A stretch of 40,020 nt of DNA from Octopus bimaculoides (taxonomy: Eukaryota), in contig NC_068993.1 of the NCBI RefSeq assembly GCF_001194135.2, positions 43,124,754 through 43,164,773 on the forward strand, given 5' to 3'. Position numbers and translations under genes: made by a program. Shown one piece after another: positions 1-11,164 of the stretch (the stretch's first letter is position 1; every line of letters begins with the position of its first letter). The notes below the pieces were generated by a model. That model was not told the origin of the DNA, did not search any database, and worked only from the letters and a program-made list of their open reading frames with translations.

Positions 1-159
1 CCCAAAAAGAAAAAAATTCTTTGCCAAAGAAGTCCTCTGACGTTTGTTCTGTGGCGAGCTACACATGTCTCCTTTTTCACTTCCACCGTCGAAAATTTAG
101 TGAACCACTTATTGGCCAACTCGAAACCTATAACAATGCTTTTGTTAACCAGTTGTAGT

Positions 160-265
160 AATATATAATATAATATATAATATAATATAATAAATATAAT
201 ATAATATAATGTAATGTAATATAATGTAATTTAAAGTAATATAACATAATATGATAATATAATAG
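160..265. repeat. (AATAT)n/(AATGT)n pentanucleotide microsatellite
   Basis: Direct reading: aatataatataatataata... with aatgt variants. Confidence 0.9.
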
Positions 266-482
266 AAAATTTTTAATGTATTTTAGCGTAGTTAGTAAAA
301 GTGGTTTTAAAAAGAGTCTAACAAATTATTCATGCCGCATTCACAGAGAAGGTGCATAGTGTCTGTCTTTGAATATATCTGTTCCAGTAATTTCATCTAC
401 TGTTCCTCTTGATATTATGGTGTATGGAGCTCAAGGTGTCTTGAAACTCCATCTAGCTGCAGTCATTTTTATCATGTAGTGA

Positions 483-630
483 GGGCGTTGAGCCGGTAGA
501 ATCGTCAGAGCGTCAGAATAAATACTTTGCAGTATTTCTTCTGACTCTTTACATTCTGAGTTCATATCCCACAGAGACCACCTTTGGCATTCATCCTTTC
601 GAATGTCGATAAAATTACGTAGCAGTCAAG
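483..630 (+). mobile_element. SINE family A, degraded copy lacking the 3' tail
   Basis: gtagaatcgtcag (A-box-like) ... ttctgagttcatatcc (B-box-like) ... ttcatcctttcgaatgtcgataaa; aligns by eye to the full copy at 8435-8645. Confidence 0.7.
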
Positions 631-674
631 CTCCTGCTCTAAAGCTCCTAGCAACCAGCCAACATGTAAAACAA

Positions 675-897
675 TTATTGGTTTCAAATTTTAGCACAAG
701 GCTAACAATTTCGAGGGAGGAGCTATGTTGATTACATCGAACCCCAATATTGAATTAGTACTTATTTTACCGATCCCCGAAATGATGAAAGACAAAGTCG
801 ACCACGGTGGAATTTGAGCTCAGAACGTAAAGTTGGACGAAACGCCACTAAGTATTATTGCCCGGCGTGCTAACGATTCTGCCAGCTCGCAGCCTTA
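675..897 (-). mobile_element. SINE family A, near full length (type-2 tail, ...tttgaaaccaat)
   Basis: Reverse complement gives aaggctgcgagctggcagaatcgttagcacgcc...gttctgagctcaaattccaccgtggtcgactttgtctttcatc... Confidence 0.9.
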
Positions 898-974
898 TAT
901 GGACGAGTTATTAACAAGAAGTAAGTCGCTGGATTGGCAGAATCTTCTAGAACGTTACAAAAAGTGGTTTACAA

Positions 975-1105
975 TATCTGTATTGGACGTTTACGTTCTG
1001 AGTTCAAGTCAAACCGAGGTCAACTGTGTTTTCATTCTTTAGGGAATTCATAAAGTATTAACGCTAGTCAAAATTAGGGATTATTTAATCGACTGACCCC
1101 TTTTC
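975..1105 (+). mobile_element. SINE family A fragment
   Basis: tttacgttctgagttcaagtcaaaccgaggtcaactgtgttttcattcttt...taatcgactgacccc. Confidence 0.7.
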
Positions 1106-1657
1106 ACCTAAATTGCTATTCTTACACCTAAACTAAAACTTTATATTAACCAGTTCGTTTTGTTGTTTTTACACTTACCATTATTCTTATTAAACTAATC
1201 CTAGGCACATATTTTAAAGTCTTGATTATCATATTTCTAAATGAAATCGATGTTCAATTAAGTATTGGGTCAGATAAATTCGTTCATTTTTTTTTGTTTT
1301 GTTTTGCTTTTTTCTACTTGGTATGCCATTGTCATACGTCTCGAAAGAGATACATTTTAAACAAATTTCTAAAGCAATAAAGAAAAGCTGTTCAGTATGA
1401 ATAAAGCTACAGAAAACCCATAAAACGACCAAAGTATTTTATGAGTTAGGAAAGAATTAAAATAAAATATATATAGTGCGAGAGAGAGGAAGGGACGAAC
1501 GAATTTATCTGACAACACAATACAGGAAACTCAACCCATATATTGACCCAATGTAATCCATAATGTTTTTTTTCTTCTACTCAGTACTTAATAAAAGAGT
1601 CACCGGTAGGTCATTTTATATTAAATAATTATAATAATATTATATAATTATAATAGA

Positions 1658-1860
1658 ATATTGATTTCAAATTTTGCCTCAATGCCAGCAATTTCAGGTG
1701 AAGGGGTGAGTCGATTCCATCGACCCCCAACACTGAACTGGCATCTATTTTATCGACCCCAAAAGGATGAAAAGCAAAGCCGACCCCGACAACATTTCAA
1801 CTCAGAACGTAAGGACGAACGAAGTGCTGCTAAGCATTTTGTCCGGCGTGCTAACGATTC
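1658..1860 (-). mobile_element. SINE family A (type-2 tail)
   Basis: Same head, B box and gtcgat/aagtac core in reverse complement; tail ...aaaatttgaaatcaatatt. Confidence 0.85.
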
Positions 1861-1919
1861 TTATTTCTTTATTGCCCACAAAGGGCTAAACATAGAAGGA
1901 ACAAACAAAGACAGACAAA

Positions 1920-2030
1920 GGGTTTAAGTCGATTACATCGACCCCAGTGCGTAACTGGTACTTAATTTATCGACGCCGAAAGGATGAAAGGCAAAGTCGA
2001 CCTCGGTGACATTTGAACTCTGAATACGAA
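1920..2030 (-). mobile_element. SINE family A central fragment
   Basis: aagtcgattacatcgaccccagtgcgtaactggtacttaatttatcgac...aaaggcaaagtcgacctcgg is nearly identical to 8476-8570. Confidence 0.9.
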
Positions 2031-2780
2031 AATGCTATTTCTAAATGCTAAATGTTTTTTTGCATGTTTGTTTGTTGTTTGTTTTTGAATATCGTATCAT
2101 GCTGTAAAATTGCTTTTATTTCTCTTTCCCTATAAGGATATAGTATAACATTTTGTGGAACTTAACATCGTGTTACTGCTTCGTGTCTGGGAATATATGG
2201 TTTAAATTTGTAGTGTCATTAATGTTCTCGCAGAAAAGGTGATTAAAACGCTCTGAAATATTGTATCAATATCCGACAGCGTTATATTAAATAAGAAAGG
2301 TTTGAAAGCAATGCCTTTTGATAGGTGTCTTATTTAATGTGATTTGAGAAATAAAAGCATGGTGTTTTCTATTGCAGTATAATGATGGTTTTTCAGAATG
2401 TTTGAAGTTCAATGTAATTTTAAGGAAAATCATGGCCTGTTTTGTTAAAGAAGTTACTCTTGGCAAACTAATCAACGACATCAACATGAAGAATCCATTC
2501 CAGCATTTTAGTCCTATTATTTCTTCTATGGTAAATGTCACGTCTATGAAAATGATGACAATTTTCAGAAATATAAGCTTTCAAATTGCTATGAAAGAGT
2601 TTTCATGAATCTGTTAGGTATTGTTCGTGCTATTCCTGTTGTGTTATATCATTACGCAAAGTAAATAATCAACTGTTGCAAATAGAGATTGGACTTAGTT
2701 TCCAGAAGGTTAATATAAAGAATTTCATTAATGTAATTTCAATTCTCATTTATCATGGAAAATGTTGGTTACCAAGTAAT

Positions 2781-2784
2781 AAAA

Positions 2785-2827
<43 letters not shown>
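2781..2827. repeat. (AAAT)n microsatellite
   Basis: About 11 units read directly. Confidence 0.95.
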
Positions 2828-2829
<2 letters not shown>

Positions 2830-4760
2830 CATTTGTTGCCTACAGTATTTTTGCTTTTATTTTCATACTCTGACACAAATATTACGAAATTGATAGATTT
2901 TTTATTTTTTTATTTCTTTGTTTCTGCTGTGACGCCATCTTAGAACGTTAAGNNNNNNNNNNNNNNNNNNNNNNNNNNNNNNNNNNNNNNNNNNNNNNNN
3001 NNNNNNNNNNNNNNNNNNNNNNNNNNNNNNNNNNNNNNNNNNNNNNNNNNNNNNNNNNNNNNNNNNNNNNNNNNNNNNNNNNNNNNNNNNNNNNNNNNNN
3101 NNNNNNNNNNNNNNNNNNNNNNNNNNNNNNNNNNNNNNNNNNNNNNNNNNNNNNNNNNNNNNNNNNNNNNNNNNNNNNNNNNNNNNNNNNNNNNNNNNNN
3201 NNNNNNNNNNNNNNNNNNNNNNNNNNNNNNNNNNNNNNNNNNNNNTATATATATATATACATACATATATATATATATGTATGTATGTATAAGTATACAT
3301 GTATGTATGCATAAGTATACATGTATGTATGTATATTCATACTTATACGTGTATGAATGTATAAACAAAAGAGGTGAAATATAATGCTAGAATGGCGTTA
3401 GTTTTTGCTGTTAGTGGAGTTACTTGGCTCAGAACTAGCAAGTATAGAATCAACACTATAACTATTGCGACTATTTTGTTGTGTTCAACACCTTATCTTA
3501 TCAGTGGAAACAGTAAAACTATGTAATGCACCATATTGTTAACAGCTAGCGTGATGTTTACTGTTATGACTAAAATTTAATGTCTTAAATATTGATTTTC
3601 TTGTTTATCCTTCGGCAATACGAAACAAGTATATCACAGCATTAATTCAAACATTAATAGAATTTCTTATTGTAATCTCTCTTCCTCCTCCTTCTCTTTC
3701 CCGTCTCCAGTTCTATTCCTCCCTCTCTCCCTTCCTCTATGTACATGTATATAAAAACAACATACAAAGACAGAATGATAGAGAAGGAAATGGATTAATA
3801 ATTGTGTGTATGTAGCAGCATATTATAATATATTTGTGTATAAAGAAAGAAAAAAATAGACATAGAACGTACACAAGAATATATATATATATATATATAN
3901 NNNNNNNNNNNNNNNNNNNNNNNNNNNNNNNNNNNNNNNNNNNNNNNNNNNNNNNNNNNNNNNNNNNNNNNNNNNNNNNNNNNNNNNNNNNNNNNNNNNN
4001 NNNNNNNNNNNNNNNNNNNNNNNNNNNNNNNNNNNNNNNNNNNNNNNNNNNNNNNNNNNNNNNNNNNNNNNNNNNNNNNNNNNNNNNNNNNNNNNNNNNN
4101 NNNNNNNNNNNNNNNNNNNNNNNNNNNNNNNNNNNNNNNNNNNNNNNNNNNNNNNNNNNNNNNNNNNNNNNNNNNNNNNNNNNNNNNNNNNNNNNNNNNN
4201 NNNNNNNNNNNNNNNNNNNNNNNNNNNNNNNNNNNNNNNNNNNNNNNNNNNNNNNNNNNNNNNNNNNNNNNNNNNNNNNNNNNNNNNNNNNNNNNNNNNN
4301 NNNNNNNNNNNNNNNNNNNNNNNNNNNNNNNNNNNNNNNNNNNNNNNNNNNNNNNNNNNNNNNNNNNNNNNNNNNNNNNNNNNNNNNNNNNNNNNNNNNN
4401 NNNNNNNNNNNNNNNNNNNNNNNNNNNNNNNNNNNNNNNNNNNNNNNNNNNNNNNNNNNNNNNNNNNNNNNNNNNNNNNNNNNNNNNNNNNNNNNNNNNN
4501 NNNNNNNNNNNNNNNNNNNNNNNNNNNNNNNNNNNNNNNNNNNNNNNNNNNNNNNNNNNNNNNNNNNNNNNNNNNNNNNNNNNNNNNNNNNNNNNNNNNN
4601 NNNNNNNNNNNNNNNNNNNNNNNNNNNNNNNNNNNNNNNNNNNNNNNNNNNNNNNNNNNNNNNNNNNNNNNNNNNNNNNNNNNNNNNNNNNNNNNNNNNN
4701 NNNNNNNNNNNNNNNNNNTACTGTGCATGTATATTTGGTTATTATTACTGTCTTTTGTTC

Positions 4761-5112
4761 GTGGAGGGGCAATAGCCCAGTGGTTAGGGCAGCGGACTCG
4801 TGGTCATAGGATCGCAGTTTCGATTCCCAGACCGGGCGTTGTGAGTGTTTATTGAGCGAAAACACCTAAAGCTCCACGAGGAGCTCTTTCACCACAACTT
4901 TCTCTCACTCTTACTTCCTGTTTCTGTTGTGCCTGTAATTCAAAGGGTCAGCCTTGTAAAACTGTGTCACGCTGAATATCCCCGAGAACTACGTTAAGGG
5001 TACACGTTTCTGTGGAGTGCTCAGCCACTTGCACGTTAATTAAACGAGCAGGCTGTTCTGTTGATCGGATCAACTGGAACCTTCGACGTCGTAAGCGACG
5101 GAGTGCCAGCAC
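4761..5112 (+). mobile_element. SINE family C (tRNA-derived head, ~350 bp) flanked by 41-bp direct repeats
   Basis: A box TAGCCCAGTGG (4773-4783), B-box-like GTTTCGATTCC (4817-4827), unique body ending ...gacggagtgcca; direct repeats at 4720-4760 and 5113-5153. Confidence 0.85.
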
Positions 5113-5154
5113 ACTGTGCATGTATATTTGGCTATTATTACTGTCTTTTGTTCA

Positions 5155-5332
5155 GTCGGCTTATTGCGGCTTTCTGTCCCCTCCTTTGAACCCTTTCCCG
5201 ACGAGTCGTAGTGCACCTAAGCAGTGTATACTAACGAAGCATCGAATAAACTGTCCGCGTTGGTTATTCGCTTTCAGGATACCGCACCGTTCAAAAGTAT
5301 CCCATTTTGCGAAATTCACCAACATTCCCCCT
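5155..5332. mobile_element. Possible LTR remnant (terminus ...CACCAACA at 5324; orientation ambiguous)
   Basis: Plus strand: AATAAA near 5247, then ...CCAACA. Minus strand: purine run AAGGGGAA directly before TGTTGG. The other end would lie in the gap. Confidence 0.35.
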
Positions 5333-6166
5333 TAATGTGCAGTACAACTTTTTGTCTTTGTGATTCTTTTACTGTCCACTTTTGGGCGAGTGGGTTGTGC
5401 TTAATCCTGTGTACTATGCATGCACTTTTGCATGCACTAATGTCTTTCTTTGCTTGATTTATTGATGCTTTCTGTCTCTTTTATATTCTGACGAGATGTA
5501 GTGCGGTCTGAGCAGTATATGTATACAACAAGCTCATTATTATCATTATTATGTAACAGATATATTACTGTAACTTCAAAACACAGACAAAAAAATACTC
5601 TTCGGGGAGCTGAGACTGCAGATCAATTCACTTTATTTGCATTTACATTATTCCTGCAACGGAGAAAGACACGAAAGCCGGAGTCGCACAATATAACTTA
5701 ATTTGTCCAAGTAAATCTGAAACCATGTACTTATGTAAGAAAACAATATCATACTATAAATATGGAACGTTCAGAATATATTCATCAATGCTTTTATTGA
5801 TCGCACACATGGTTTAATAGGATCTGTAAATACGAGAATTGCTTTTAATAGTTGAAATAGCTTTCCGTAATAATTCAGCTGCTATAGGTTAAGTCTCAGT
5901 GGGGAATCTCTGGCCTTCATCTCTTGTTTCTCCAGCTAATAAGCTAAGTCGATAATGAACAAGAGAGAGACAATTCAAGAGAAATGCTGATTTATGGAAA
6001 TGTGTGTCATAATATTAATAACCGAATATATATTTGCTAGTGGACGCAAATAGATGTAAAAATGTATTAGCTTTCCACCCACCTTGACCAAAGCCAGTAT
6101 TATCCTTGCGGCTGATAACATTTGCATTTGTGTTCCATGAATATACTTTATTATTCTGTCCATGTA

Positions 6167-6214
<48 letters not shown>

Positions 6215-7244
6215 CGTTTATATATTTATATACATANNNNNNNNNNNNNNNNNNNNNNNNNNNNNNNNNNNNNNNNNNNNNNNNNNNNNNNNNNNNNNNN
6301 NNNNNNNNNNNNNNNNNNNNNNNNNNNNNNNNNNNNNNNNNNNNNNNNNNNNNNNNNNNNNNNNNNNNNNNNNNNNNNNNNNNNNNNNNNNNNNNNNNNN
6401 NNNNNNNNNNNNNNNNNNNNNNNNNNNNNNNNNNNNNNNNNNNNNNNNNNNNNNNNNNNNNNNNNNNNATATATATGATTTTAACATAGATACGTTTTAA
6501 TGAAGTAATATTTCTGTCATTATTATCGTAACGGATGTTTCCCGAAAAAGTAATGGAACGATAACAAGCGAAAATAAATAGATTTAAATAAAATAAATAA
6601 AGAAATAAATATGCGTTGAGATGATAATAATGGTATATCGCATTGATGAATTGTATAAAAATAGACAAGGTTTGCTTGTCTGTTAATAACTTCAAGTTTC
6701 TTTCTGATTGCCGTTTGTTAGATAACGAATAGAGAATGTACTTGTATAAATTAGACGTTTATTAAGATAAACTCATCGAATTAATAGAATAGAAATTGCA
6801 CCAGCTACAACAACAAGAACAACAGCAACAAACTTATGAGAAAATGCCAGAACAAAAACTTGACTATATTGTTTATCTTAGCATGTAGTAAATTTTCAAT
6901 ACTCAACACACAAATACACGAGGTTAAGTAAATCATAATAAAAATGAAATCATCTTAATACCTTATACAAGTAATAAGGAAATCATATGGAAGTTCATAC
7001 GTGATTGTATTCCATATTAGCTGCCATATTGACAATATATTGACAATAGATATCTGACTTATATTGAGCTGCTGTAAAGAAGAAAATCCTTCGTATAGAA
7101 ATATATTTTGTTTCAATGAAGTCAGCTCTGTAGTATTAAGAACATTGGAGTAGTGACAATATCGTAACCTAATTATCATGTACACTTCCTTTCCCGAGTT
7201 TCCCTTAATAATGTATATGATAATTTTTTATTTATTTTGTAATA

Positions 7245-7268
7245 GACACACATACGCACACGCACGCA

Positions 7269-7308
<40 letters not shown>

Positions 7309-7566
7309 CACACGTACGCACACACACACATATACATACACATACATGCACACACACACGCACCCATACACACACAAACAAGCATTGAAAGCACACGTGT
7401 TTGTGTCTGAGTATTCATATGTATGTATGCAAACATACATACATATATACATACACATATTCTTTGATATATATATAAATACATATATATGGTTATCTAC
7501 TCTAACACACACATATATATATATATAACACACACATGAATATATACATACATATATGCATATATA

Positions 7567-7650
<84 letters not shown>

Positions 7651-8000
7651 TAAATATAGAAGTGTATATATGTGTGTGTGTATACACGTTTGTATATACG
7701 CATATTTATACATATACGCATAAACATAGATGTATGCACATATGTATGTGTACATGCATAGGTATATGTACGCACATATGTGTATAGATGCATATACACA
7801 TTTGTGCATTATATGCACACGTATATTTATGCATATATATGTACATACATACAATCTATAAATGTAAGTATGTGTGTGTGTATTTACATGCGCGCGGGTA
7901 TGTGTGTGTTTGTATCCGTGTGCACGTGTGTTTGCGTGTGTGCGTGTGTATGCCTGTGTGTATGTGTGTGTGTGTGTGTTTATTTGTTTGTGAGTGCGCT
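7245..8000. repeat. Compound (CA)/(TA)/(TG)/(CG) alternating purine-pyrimidine microsatellite mosaic
   Basis: Direct reading; includes a long perfect (TA)n near 7582-7646. Confidence 0.95.
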
Positions 8001-8434
8001 TGTGTAGAACTTAGTAGGACATATCTATCTTGTTATATTTTTCTTCTTATATTTTTCTCTTTTACTTTCCTGTTATTAGAATATATCACGCAAGACAACA
8101 ATAATTTACTGTACAACCGAACTCTAATACACAGTATTCGATTCTTATATCTAACTTTGTTCTTCTCTTTTTTTTTATCAATAAGATATATTATATATAA
8201 AAGCAAAAAATAAATAAATAAATAAAAGGCTATCATTTTGAAAGGATTACGAGAATCGTGTAGATTTTCTAAATGCAAAATATTCTACATCCAGAAACTT
8301 AGTAACTGTTAGAGATATTGCTTTCTGAAAAGTTATAATCAAAATAGCTATATATAACGGATCGGACAGTAGATGACAATGATTAATAATAATAATAATA
8401 ATAATAATAGTAATAATAATAATGATAATCCTTT

Positions 8435-8645
8435 CTACTGGAAACACAAGGCCCCAAATTTTGAAGGAAGGGGTTAAGTCGATTACATCGACCCCAGTGC
8501 GTAACTGGTACTTATTTAATCGACCCTGAAGAGATGAAAGGCAAAGTCGACCTCGGCGGAATTTGAACTCAGAACATAAAGATGGACGAAATACTACTAA
8601 GCATTTCGCCCAGCGGGCTAACGATTCGGCCAGCTCGCCGCCTTG
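8435..8645 (-). mobile_element. SINE family A, full-length reference copy (type-1 tail ...agaaaggatt(att)n)
   Basis: Reverse complement: aaggcggcgagctggccgaatcgttagc (A-box-like) ... gagttcaaattcc (B box) ... ggccttgtgtttccagtagaaaggattatcattattatt. It sits between two (AAT)n arrays. Confidence 0.92.
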
Positions 8646-8654
8646 ATGATGATG

Positions 8655-8719
<65 letters not shown>

Positions 8720-8761
8720 AAGAAGAAGAAGAAGAAGAAGAAGAAGAAGAAGAAGAAGAAA
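8645..8761. repeat. (GAT)n(AAT)n(AAG)n compound trinucleotide microsatellite
   Basis: Direct reading; source of the poly-I/R/K/L/S ORFs in the track. Confidence 0.95.
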
Positions 8762-8794
8762 TCTTGCGAAGGGCAGTTTGGGTGAAGGGATTAA

Positions 8795-9185
8795 GTCGAC
8801 ACACAAAGCCAGAGGCAGAGAAGGTGGGGTAAGGTGGCAAACCGAACGGTCATTGAATGCCGGATCAGGAGTGAACCCAGCAGAAGGGGATTCCAACAAC
8901 GAATGAAAGCAAAATGTAATGTGATAGGACTCTTCGAAACAAGTGAGCAACGGTTAGCCGACCAGGCAAGAGCAATAAGAACAAAAGGATAGTTAGCAGA
9001 CATGGAAATAGAAGAGATAGATAGGAAAGTAGAAGATAGAAATAATACTTCCCCCAACAAATAACGTACCCAATGAGACCCGAAAAATGAAAGGTGTCAG
9101 TGAAGAAATAGAGCAAAGTGTAAATGTAAATGCATTCTCAGCAAATGAAGCAGAAGTAACAGGAAGAGCTATATCACAAGATATA
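8795..9185 (+). pseudogene. Decayed N-terminal ORF fragment of a Dong/R4-like non-LTR retrotransposon
   Basis: The frame starting at 8795 reads ...QRRWGKVANRTVIECRIRSEPSRRGFQQRMKAKCNVIGLFETSEQRLADQARAIRTKG*LADMEIEEIDRKVEDR. This matches my recollection of the W..EN..VMECY..S.P..RGY..RM...EQRLADQAR.I...GWL...EIEEI motif at the N terminus of R4/Dong ORFs. TAG at 8990-8992 stands where W (TGG) is expected. An acidic linker continues in another frame to ~9185. Confidence 0.72.
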
Positions 9186-9395
9186 GCGTGCTGGTAGAAT
9201 CGTTAAAGCGTCGGAGAAAATGCTTAATGACATTTATTATTACGTTTTGAGTTCAAATACCGCCAAGACTAACTTTTCCTTTCATTCTTTCGGGGGTCAA
9301 TAAATTAAGTACTAGTTAATCACTGGAGTCGATGTAATTGGTTTACCCACAACCCTTAAAATTTCTGGCCTTGTGCCAACATTTGAAATCAATTT
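9185..9395 (+). mobile_element. SINE family A (type-2 tail)
   Basis: gctggtagaatcgttaaagc...gagttcaaatacc...ggccttgtgccaacatttgaaatcaat. Confidence 0.85.
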
Positions 9396-9404
9396 TGGTT
9401 ACAC

Positions 9405-9556
9405 CAGTAGTTAACTGGTACTTATTCTATCGATCCTTAACGAATGAAAGTAAAAGCTGACCTCGGCAGCATTTGAACTCAGAAAGTAAAAGTGAAGGAG
9501 TTGCCGCAAAGCATTTTATCCGGCGCAGTAGCGATTCTGTCGTCTCATCGCCTTAA
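9405..9556 (-). mobile_element. SINE family A, 3'-truncated, tail-to-tail with the previous copy
   Basis: ctggtacttattctatcgat...gacctcggcagcatttgaactcagaa...gattctgtcgtctcatcgcctta. Confidence 0.8.
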
Positions 9557-9711
9557 CCATTATTGTAATATTATTTGGAGGTAAATAGAAGCAAAATCTT
9601 GTTAATTAGGTCATTAGTTAATTAACACAGCTGCTTGTTTATGGAAAATATTTCGGCGTTAAAAATGAATGTATTTCAAAAATAAGGATTACCAGCAGCC
9701 TTTACTCGCAT

Positions 9712-9845
9712 TTCCTCTCTCTCTCTCTTTCTCTCTCTCTCTTTCTCTCTCTCTCTCCCTTTCACATTCTTTTTCCTTCCTCTCCCCTCCTTCTCTCTCT
9801 CACTTTCCCTATCTTTCTCCCTTCCTCCCTCGCTCACGCTCTTCC
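9712..9845. repeat. (CT)n / polypyrimidine tract
   Basis: Direct reading. Confidence 0.9.
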
Positions 9846-10147
9846 TGGGTCTTATTTCTCTACAGGAAAACACATAGGCAAGAGAACAAACATGGAAAAA
9901 ATAGACTTGCTTTTTTTTTAAATGGTATGTTGCTACTCACAAGGGAGCACTGCGAAAGATATGTAGAACAAAAAACCCGTTCGTTATCGAAACAGATGGG
10001 TGTGGTCAAGTGGCAACATTTTGTGATTTAGTAGGGGTCTTTTGTACTAATTGACACAATTTCTAATGCAGTATATCATACTTTAGGGGTTTCAATGTGC
10101 CTTTGAAGAAAGTTATTCACAGCACAAAGAAACTCTATTATATACTG

Positions 10148-10163
10148 ATATATATATATATAT

Positions 10164-10239
<76 letters not shown>

Positions 10240-10545
10240 GTACATACATATATATGTGTGTTGGTGTGTCTATACATATAAATATACATGTAAATTTATA
10301 TATACATATATATATGTTTATATATGCACATATATTTATACATACAACTATAGACATATATATTCATGCGTGCATATATATATGTATGTATATATATATC
10401 TATATCTATATATATATTTATTAATATTTCTAAGTCTCTCTAAAGGAGACTACGGCAGCGGTACTGGAAATTAATAGTTATCGCCAAGCCAACATGGCAA
10501 TATATATACATGTATGTGCGTGTGTATGTGTTTACAAATATGTGA

Positions 10546-10623
<78 letters not shown>

Positions 10624-10680
10624 ATGTATGTATACATGTGTATATATGTATACATGTGTGTGTGTGTAATGTTTCATACA
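10148..10680. repeat. Compound (TA)/(TG)/(CA) microsatellite arrays
   Basis: Two long (TA)n cores (~10169-10227 and ~10550-10612) with degenerate RY flanks. Confidence 0.92.
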
Positions 10681-11164
10681 TTTCATACGTGTTTATAAAT
10701 GCTTCATAAGACAACAGTGGTTGTCAAGTACCGTTCACTAAAATGTTTAGTTTCTTGTTTTAATAGTTGCAAAAGTCATTTCTAAAAACGTAAATACACA
10801 GGATATACACTTTCTGCTTTTTATGTATAACTACGCCCAACACCTAAATTATTCCTTCTATGGAAAGTCGAATGCGTCACTACGATAGAATAAATCAAAA
10901 TATTTTATACAGCGTAGACGTCATAAGAATGTATAAATTTCGAGAGAACGTGAATTCTGTCTACGAGCGGTTGATATCGAAGCGAATAAAGCTATGAATA
11001 ATAGCATGTAAGTAGTTAGTTTAAAAAATGACTTTTGGCTAGAAAAAGTCAAAGGTAGCCCGCCTTCAACTTTTTCTATCCAAAAGGGTTTTTCAATCTC
11101 ATATTCACATTCGGTTAATTATGTCTTTATTTAAGGCGACGAGCTGTCAGAACCACTGCTTGTT

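Noticed and set aside
2372-2608. 78-aa ORF with a plausible acceptor (ttttctattgcag) and donor (atg|gtaaat)
   Set aside because: I recognise no homology (an NPF word alone is not enough) and found no compatible neighbouring exon; it needs RNA-seq or BLAST.
4761-4835. tRNA-like sequences at the heads of SINEs A-D
   Set aside because: A/B boxes are present but there is no complete cloverleaf, and each continues into a repeat body; these are SINE heads, not tRNA genes.
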